Below are positions 56,870-64,000 of a stretch of 64,000 nucleotides of DNA, one piece after another. A program made the translations under genes and the position numbers. Below the pieces are notes generated by a model, which ran no database searches, was not told the DNA's origin, and saw only the letters and a program-made list of their open reading frames with translations. How positions within the stretch are numbered: the first letter of the stretch is position 1; the number at the start of each line of letters is the position of its first letter. The stretch comes from Eledone cirrhosa (taxonomy: Eukaryota). The stretch spans positions 20,398,001 through 20,462,000 of the forward strand of contig OZ024747.1 of NCBI GenBank assembly GCA_964016885.1, written 5' to 3'.

Positions 56870-57736
56870 AAATGTATAGGGACTGAGAAAATTTAGTCAA
56901 TCTACTTGACCCATGTATAATGCAAATATATATTTTATCGACCCCAAATTGATAAAAGCCAAAGTCAACATTGGCAGGATTTCAACCCAGGAAATAAAAC
57001 AACATAATTAAACATGCTAAGTCATTTTGTCTGGCATTCCACTATTTCTGTCTCTCCAAACCTCTATCAAAGTTTAGATAATAATATTAATAATTGTTTC
57101 TACTTTAGGCACAAGGCCAGCATTACTGGTACTTTATTTTATCGACCCCCGTAAGGATGAAAGGCAAAGTCCTGATTTAGGCACAAAGCCAGCAATTTGA
57201 CGGGAAGGTGAAAGTCGATTAAATCGACTCCAGTACATTACTGGTACTTTATTTTATCTACCCCGTAAGGATGAAAGGCAAAGCTAACCTTAAAGGGCCA
57301 TAACTCTATGTCACTAAATATGTTGGCCGACGTTCTACCGATTAATAATAACTGTTTCTGCTTTTGGCACAAGATCAGCAATTATCCCATACATTACTGG
57401 TGTTTTATTTTATATACCCCCGTAAGCATGAAAGGCAAAGTTAACCTCGGCAGGATTTGAACCCAGTATGTAAAGGGACATAACTCCATGCTGCAAAGCA
57501 TGGTACCTGACGCTCTACTGATAATGGTTCCTTATATAGGCACAAGACCAGCAATTTTGAGGGAGGGGAAAGTCGATTAAATCGACCTCAGTGCGTGACT
57601 GGTACTATATTTTATAGACCCCGTAAGGATGAAAGGCAACGTTAACCTCGGCGGTATTTGAACTCAGATTATAAAGGGCCGTAACTCTATGCTACAAAAC
57701 ATGGCTTCCGACCCTCTACCGATACTGCCAATCCAC
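56870..57736 (-). mobile_element. Array of five SINE family A copies
   Basis: Units at about 56870-57050, 57091-57171, 57172-57342, 57348-57522 and 57523-57736. Confidence 0.85.
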
Positions 57737-58666
57737 TGATTAATAATAATAATGATGATCATGATCATGATGATTTCTTTATTAGCCACACATTAAGAAA
57801 ACATTAAAGACGGCACAGGACCGGGATGACAAAATAATAGAAATTGACAGGCAATATAACACCGGAACACATTCAACAAATGCAAAAATGTTCTCTACAG
57901 ATTCCAGATTAAAACTTGTAGTTAAGAAGGAATTGGATATATCATATTCTACGCACATGTGGAAGTTGTAACACGTAGGAACAATATAAAACAACCTCTG
58001 AAATCTTTGAAGAAATAAAACTTTTAATTTACTTTTAAACCCAACCCAAGTATACGTGTATAAACAAAAGAAGAGATTCATAGGCTGAGAAACATAAAGT
58101 TGATACTGCTTTGGGCTGGACGTAAACAAATAAATTACTTTCGTATGTCACACAGTTCTTTTTCTCATGGCACCTAAAATACCTCATATTTTAGCTTTTT
58201 ATAATCATCATTTACAAAGTTCAATATCCCTGTAACACCTTCAGTATTATGAAGCATTTAAGTAGAAAGGTGAAATATCAATCAAAATGGTGTTATTATT
58301 AATGATAATAGCAGTATCACCACCTGTATTTTTTTTTTCTTTTCCAATATATCTCTTGCTTTTCGCAACTTTCATCTCTTCTATTTTCTATTTTTTCTTC
58401 TTCCTTCCAATATATACTTACTTTTTATTTAATTTTATTTGCATCACACTCTCGTCCTTCATTTCCAATTTCTTCACGTTGTGATAAATGAAGATTCTTG
58501 ATAAAAACTGATGAAAATACATATCATTTCATTAGACTTACAAAATGTTTTTTTTATCTTGCACCTTAGTTTACACACGCAAGCGCATAGAACCTATCTA
58601 TTTCTATTTCACTGCATCTCATTCCCTCTCTTTCTCTTTCTCTCTCTCGCTCTCTCTCTCTCTCTC

Positions 58667-58694
58667 TAACTCTCCTTCTCTCTTTCTCTCTCTC

Positions 58695-58750
<56 letters not shown>

Positions 58751-58778
58751 GAGAGAGAGAAAGAGAGAAGGAGAGTTA
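58667..58778. repeat. Palindrome centred on (TA)n with mirrored (CT)/(GA) flanks
   Basis: taactctccttctctctttctctctctctctgta (TA)n tacagagagagagagaaagagagaaggagagtta. Confidence 0.9.
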
Positions 58779-58822
58779 TAGTTATAGATATAAATATGTA
58801 TATGTTTATATACATACATACG

Positions 58823-58856
<34 letters not shown>

Positions 58857-58943
58857 CGTGCGTGTGTGTGTGTGTTTGTTACTGTATATATATACATAAA
58901 TATACATATATATATATATATATATGTGTGTATATATATATAC

Positions 58944-59000
<57 letters not shown>

Positions 59001-59007
59001 CATATAC

Positions 59008-59038
<31 letters not shown>

Positions 59039-59051
59039 CATATATATATAC

Positions 59052-59138
<87 letters not shown>

Positions 59139-59139
59139 C

Positions 59140-59172
<33 letters not shown>

Positions 59173-59181
59173 CATATATAT

Positions 59182-59226
<45 letters not shown>

Positions 59227-59622
59227 TATATGTATACAGAAAAATATATATATGTATATACTTAGATATAGATATGTATATTGCTATATATCCACTATAA
59301 GACTAACTTCGCCATTACTATATCCACAAGCACAAACAGTAGCAAGACTAACTCCGACACCACGTCTACCATCACCCAATACGTTTGTCTACCCCTTGCA
59401 CCATTATTGATAGATAATTAAACACTTATATGTATTTTTTTTACTCATTTAGTGTTGTTATCTGTAGTTTATTTTCTGGTTTTGGTACGCATACTCACTC
59501 AAACAAAAAATAAAATGTCAGTAAAAACTAGAATAAACATAAAGGAGACAAAATACGCAAAAAAAAAAAGAAAACGATTGAGAGAAAAAAAAACAATACA
59601 TATACGCATCAGTATATTGAAA

Positions 59623-59668
59623 TAGTAGTAGTAGTAGTGGTAGTAGTAGCAGTAGCAGTAGTAGTAGC

Positions 59669-59736
<68 letters not shown>

Positions 59737-59755
59737 CAGCAGCAGCAGGAGCAGC

Positions 59756-59806
<51 letters not shown>

Positions 59807-59856
59807 TGTAGTAGTGGTAGTGTTAGTAGTAGTAGTAGTTGTAGTAGTGGTAGTGT

Positions 59857-59898
<42 letters not shown>

Positions 59899-59899
59899 C

Positions 59900-59936
<37 letters not shown>

Positions 59937-60050
59937 ATGCTGGTAGTAGTAGTAATAGTAGTAGTGGTGGTGGTGGTGGTGGTGGTAGTAGTGGTGGTGG
60001 TGGTGGTAATAGTAGCAGTAGTAGTAGTAGTAGTAGTAGTGGTAGTGGTG
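59623..60050. repeat. (GTA)n/(GCA)n/(GTG)n compound microsatellite
   Basis: Direct inspection. Confidence 0.9.
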
Positions 60051-60316
60051 CTAATAACAGTAAAAGCAAACTCAATAATAATAAAAAATGTAACAACAGA
60101 AAATAATCTATAAACAAAGCGAAAAACTATTAAATTGTGGCAGAATTATCATAACCATCATCATAACCATCATCATAACCATCATCGATACGTTGGAAAT
60201 AAGCAGCCAGTGAAATAAACATAAAAGAACAACCAATCATGTCGTCAAACTATTAATAAAAAAAATGTTCATTTGATTCAAAGTAATGTACATACACACA
60301 CCAATATATATACAGG

Positions 60317-60507
60317 TCGGTGGATTGGCAGTATCGGGAGAGAGTCGGACGCCATGCTTTGCAGCAAAGAGTTACGGCCCTTTATGGTCTGAGTTCAAAT
60401 CCCGCCGAGGTTAACTTTGCCTTTCATCCTTACGTGGTCGATAAAATAAAGTACCAGAAATGAACTGGGATAATTGCTGGCCTTGTGCCAAAATTAGAGA
60501 CAATTAT
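60317..60507 (+). mobile_element. SINE family A copy
   Basis: Full-length match to the consensus. Confidence 0.9.
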
Positions 60508-60749
60508 ATATTCCCACTGTGTACACGTAAGTGGAAATAGCAATGGAAACTAGAGATATTTAAGTACCTGGTTTGTAGAGGCAATTAAACATGAGGGTAA
60601 TTGCTAGAAGACCTCAAATTTGGTTGTTTTTGTATACCCCCCACATAGATTATGATTCATTCATACAGTACTTGTTACGTGTGATAATTTGAAAGTTAAA
60701 ACATGAATTAGAAACCTTATATTCGATATACATTTGACGTCTTAATCTT

Positions 60750-61090
60750 CTACGTCTTCGGCTCCTTATTCCTGAGAGGGTCGTGGGGTCAGAGTCCTTA
60801 AACATTCCTTCCAGTGGGTCCTGTCAGAACCAACCGCCTCCAACTGATCCGGCTAGATCCCCAAGCGTAACCAGCCAGACTCATGGTTGTTATACAACCA
60901 TCTTGCTCGGGGTCTACTCCTGGGTCTCTTTTCGGTTGGCTTTGGCCGTGAAATTATTCCAGCGATTCTTTCCTGAGACATTCTAACCACATGCCCATAG
61001 TATCGGAGCTGTGGTCTCTCAATTCGTAGAAGTAGTGACTCTACCTGGAATAACCCTCTAATCTCCGAGCTACGCACTCTATCGAGTAAC
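60750..61090 (-). mobile_element. RTE-clade LINE 3' fragment
   Basis: RSSEIR...VESLLLRIERPQLRYYGHVVRM..ERI...KRPRSRPRARW. Confidence 0.8.
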
Positions 61091-61689
61091 GTTTAGAATT
61101 GCGTCATTTACGTATAATTTTATTTCAATTCCAGGTTTATTTATATCAGCAATCACGTGATTTGGGTTAGAGTCGATAAACTTCTTTGCATATGTCTCTC
61201 ATAATATGTTAATATGTACATGGTTGTTTAGTTCTTTGGGAATACTTGCATAAGTTTAGTAAAATACGTATAACTCATGAAAGAAGAGATATCTTTTAAC
61301 AAAAATTGGCATGAATGATTTTGATATTCTTCCTGACGCATCTACATAATGAATCCACCCTTAGTATCAAGGACTGATTCAATACGTGGTCTGAAATGTT
61401 AACACGCCTGAATCAGATGATCTTTACATATTTTGGATATTGTACTAGTTATGGCAGATTTCAAAGATTTTATATTATTATAGCAATGGTGCTAATTGAC
61501 TTTCTAGAGTTCTTATCGATAATTTTCCGCACGTCTCGTATAACTTTGGGTATTCTCATGTCATTAGGACGTCTAGCAGGCAATTAACATTTAGCTCCTG
61601 CTGGAGCATACCTGCAAGCAGCTTCCAGCTCTTTGTCAATTTTGTCAACAAGAAACCGTGCAACTACCAGAAAATGAGCAATCACTAAA

Positions 61690-62000
61690 TTAACAATCTC
61701 CAAGTACCGGTCGCTCTCCGATAAGTTCGCGGTCGTGCCCTTGACAGTGGAGACTTCTGATATCCTTGGCCCTAGGGCTGCCTCCCTACTTACCACCATA
61801 GGCGCTGAGCTGACCAGCCGCAGGTGTGAGCCTCGCAAGTTGGAATGGCTCTTCCAGCGCATTTCCCTTACCATCCTCCGGGGAAACGCCATTCTGTCTA
61901 CTGGGGCTGTGGGGAGGCCAGCACGTGGGACCACATTTGCTCACCATACGGAGAGATCGGAAGGGCGAGAAAGACGGAGGCGATGACAGTGGAAGTTCGG
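61690..62000 (+). mobile_element. CRE-clade LINE C-terminal (REL) fragment
   Basis: KYRSLSDKFAVVPLTVETSDILGPRAASLL..IG...EPRKLEWLFQRISLTILRGNA matches the CRE terminus (F.P...ET.G..G...QR.S....RGNA). Confidence 0.75.
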
Positions 62001-62340
62001 CTATCTTTCATGTTTACTTAGGTTACTATTTTCTATTCCATATTGCTGTTTTAGTCTTCTATGATACTAAATTACCATGAGGCAACGATTGCACCGTGTC
62101 TTTTCATTTGCTGAGGCTGCTTGCTGTCTATCAGCTTTTACCTCAAAGGAAATGAAAACAAAAACAATTTCGAAAAAGGTTAGAGCTATTAAATGACATG
62201 TCCTCAAAGAATTGTGCAAACCTATACATATATGTGTGTGTTATGTACGCCTTTGTTGGATTAGTCAATTTACTTCACCGCTGTGAAGTGCTATATATGT
62301 CGGTGGTGTCGATATCCCTATTATTATGTATACCATATTA

Positions 62341-62558
62341 GGGTGGTGGATTGGCAGAATCGGTAGAACGTCGACCACCATGCTTCGCGGCATAGAGTTA
62401 CAGCCCTTTGCATTCTGAGTTCAATTCCCACCGAGGTTAGCTTTGCCTTTCATCCTTATGGGGTCGATAAATAAAGCACCAGTAATGTACTGGCGCCGAT
62501 TAAACAGACCTTTCCCTCCCTTTCAAATTGCTGGCCTTTTGCCTAAAGTAGAAACAAC
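62341..62558 (+). mobile_element. SINE family A copy (long variant)
   Basis: Full-length match to the consensus. Confidence 0.85.
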
Positions 62559-62929
62559 TGTGTATACCATATTCTATAGAAAAGTTTTGGCAATGAAGAT
62601 TTAAGTGTCATGTGTAAGAGGGTGGCACTTTATCGTAGGTGGATTATTAGTGTCGTTTGGGATTTCTTCTGGGGGGTTGTTTGGTCGGCATTTGGTGCAT
62701 GCATTTAGTTGTGTATATATATTTGATTTCTATTGTTAAGGGGCATAATTATTAGTGTTTAATTATGTGGTATCGGTGTGTATGTCTTATTCTGCATGTT
62801 AATTGTGTTTGCATTATCTGGAAGTTTGTGGTTTGTCTATTCCTGTGTACTACTAAAATCAAATAGTATTACCCTGCGTGGTCGTAAACGGGCTTCAGAT
62901 TGAGATACGGGTTACTTATCCTGTATTTA

Positions 62930-63285
62930 CATAATTTAAATTTTTCGCTCTTTCTGTTGTGCTATTGTTCATTAGCAAACAGTATTCATATGATCACCTA
63001 TGAGCAGAAGTTGCATGGATAGCATTCCCAAAGTGCTGTTTGATCTTCGTCAAAATAATCCATTACAAATTGAATGATGTATTTCTCATAATTCTCATAC
63101 GTAGGTCGACAACAACGCTGCTGTTTTCAGGGTTGTATTTCTAAAGATGTGTTGCTGCTATTAAAAACTTGTTTTGAAGTCATAAGTCGTGAGACGTATA
63201 TAAGCATCCTTAGAGTAGCTTATTGTGATACTGCACTTGTATACAAGATATTTTCACAGCTTGTAATGTTGAGTGGGCAGATATT
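62930..63285 (-). pseudogene. Decayed Neptune-type PLE GIY-YIG endonuclease relic
   Basis: Minus segments CPLN..., ILY, YIRLTTYDFK, HIFRN...LLSTYV*EL, WIIL, CNFCS, NRKSE parallel the motif order of 22683-23146. Multiple stops and frameshifts. Confidence 0.6.
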
Positions 63286-63424
63286 TCGGTTTAAGTCTTA
63301 GTCTGTGTCTGTTCAAAAAGAATTGATTATAACTGGCTTCGAAGAGTCGATGTTTCGTGCGAAGTTAAGCGGAGTACTATAAGACATTATAGTATAAGGC
63401 GGTGTATTTACTGAACATCTTATA

Positions 63425-63613
63425 ATAATTGTTTCTACTTTTGGCACAAGGCCAGCAATTACCCAAGTGCATTACTGGTACTTTATTTTATCGACCCCGT
63501 AAGGATGAAAGGTAAAGTTAACCTCGGCGGGATTTGAACTCAGAATGGCAACGGCCGTAACTCTATGCGTCAAAGCATGGCGTCCGACCCTCTACCGATG
63601 CTGCCAATCCACC
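63425..63613 (-). mobile_element. SINE family A copy
   Basis: Full-length match to the consensus. Confidence 0.9.
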
Positions 63614-63799
63614 ACTCCTACCTTATAATAATGCTGTTGCAGTGGGAAGTGTTTTGAAAAAATGTAAAAAGGATCGTTAGCAATTAGTATGTCGACTTCA
63701 CCATTGTTTGGAGGGTTGATTCAGGCATACTTACGCGCCCGATAGCGACTGTTAGGTCCTCTATTACTGGAATGATAGTAAACTAGTATCATGTTGAAT

Positions 63800-63887
<88 letters not shown>

Positions 63888-63945
63888 TTGCGTGGAGCTC
63901 GGAGTTTCAAACTTACGAAGCGGTGGGAAAATAAATTTATAAATA

Positions 63946-64000
63946 AATAATTGTTTCTACATTAGGCACAAGGCCAGCAATTACCCAGTGCATTACTGGT
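63946..64000 (-). mobile_element. SINE family A 3' end, cut by the window edge
   Basis: aataattgtttctac-ttaggcacaaggccagcaattacccagtgcattactggt. Confidence 0.8.

Noticed and set aside
56870-57736. CRISPR-like repeat-spacer array
   Set aside because: Eukaryotic context. The units are 80-210 bp SINE copies with no constant short repeat and no cas genes.

Overview
AT-rich eukaryotic (animal) genomic DNA with very dense microsatellites ((TA)n, (CA)n, (GA)n, triplet repeats). The SINE sequences and repeat density suggest an octopus or other coleoid cephalopod (inference). No intact host protein-coding gene can be supported, and most ORF-track entries are microsatellite artefacts. The window holds decayed LINEs (CR1, RTE, Dong/R4, CRE, L1/Tx1), about 30 copies of one tRNA-derived SINE, Tc1/mariner, hAT and possible Helitron relics, and two Neptune-type Penelope-like (PLE) GIY-YIG endonuclease fragments. 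The hidden signal is RNA-structural. About 20 hammerhead-ribozyme (HHR) motifs (CUGANGA or UUGANAA ... GAAA-palindrome-UH) sit in short non-coding cassettes inserted in microsatellites, several as fold-back inverted repeats. One cassette family (20625-20730 minus, 32435-32540 plus, degenerate 46915-47010 plus) carries the three hammerhead core strands in a non-circularly permuted order, with compensatory base changes in stem I. All structures were read by eye, none were computed, and boundaries are approximate.
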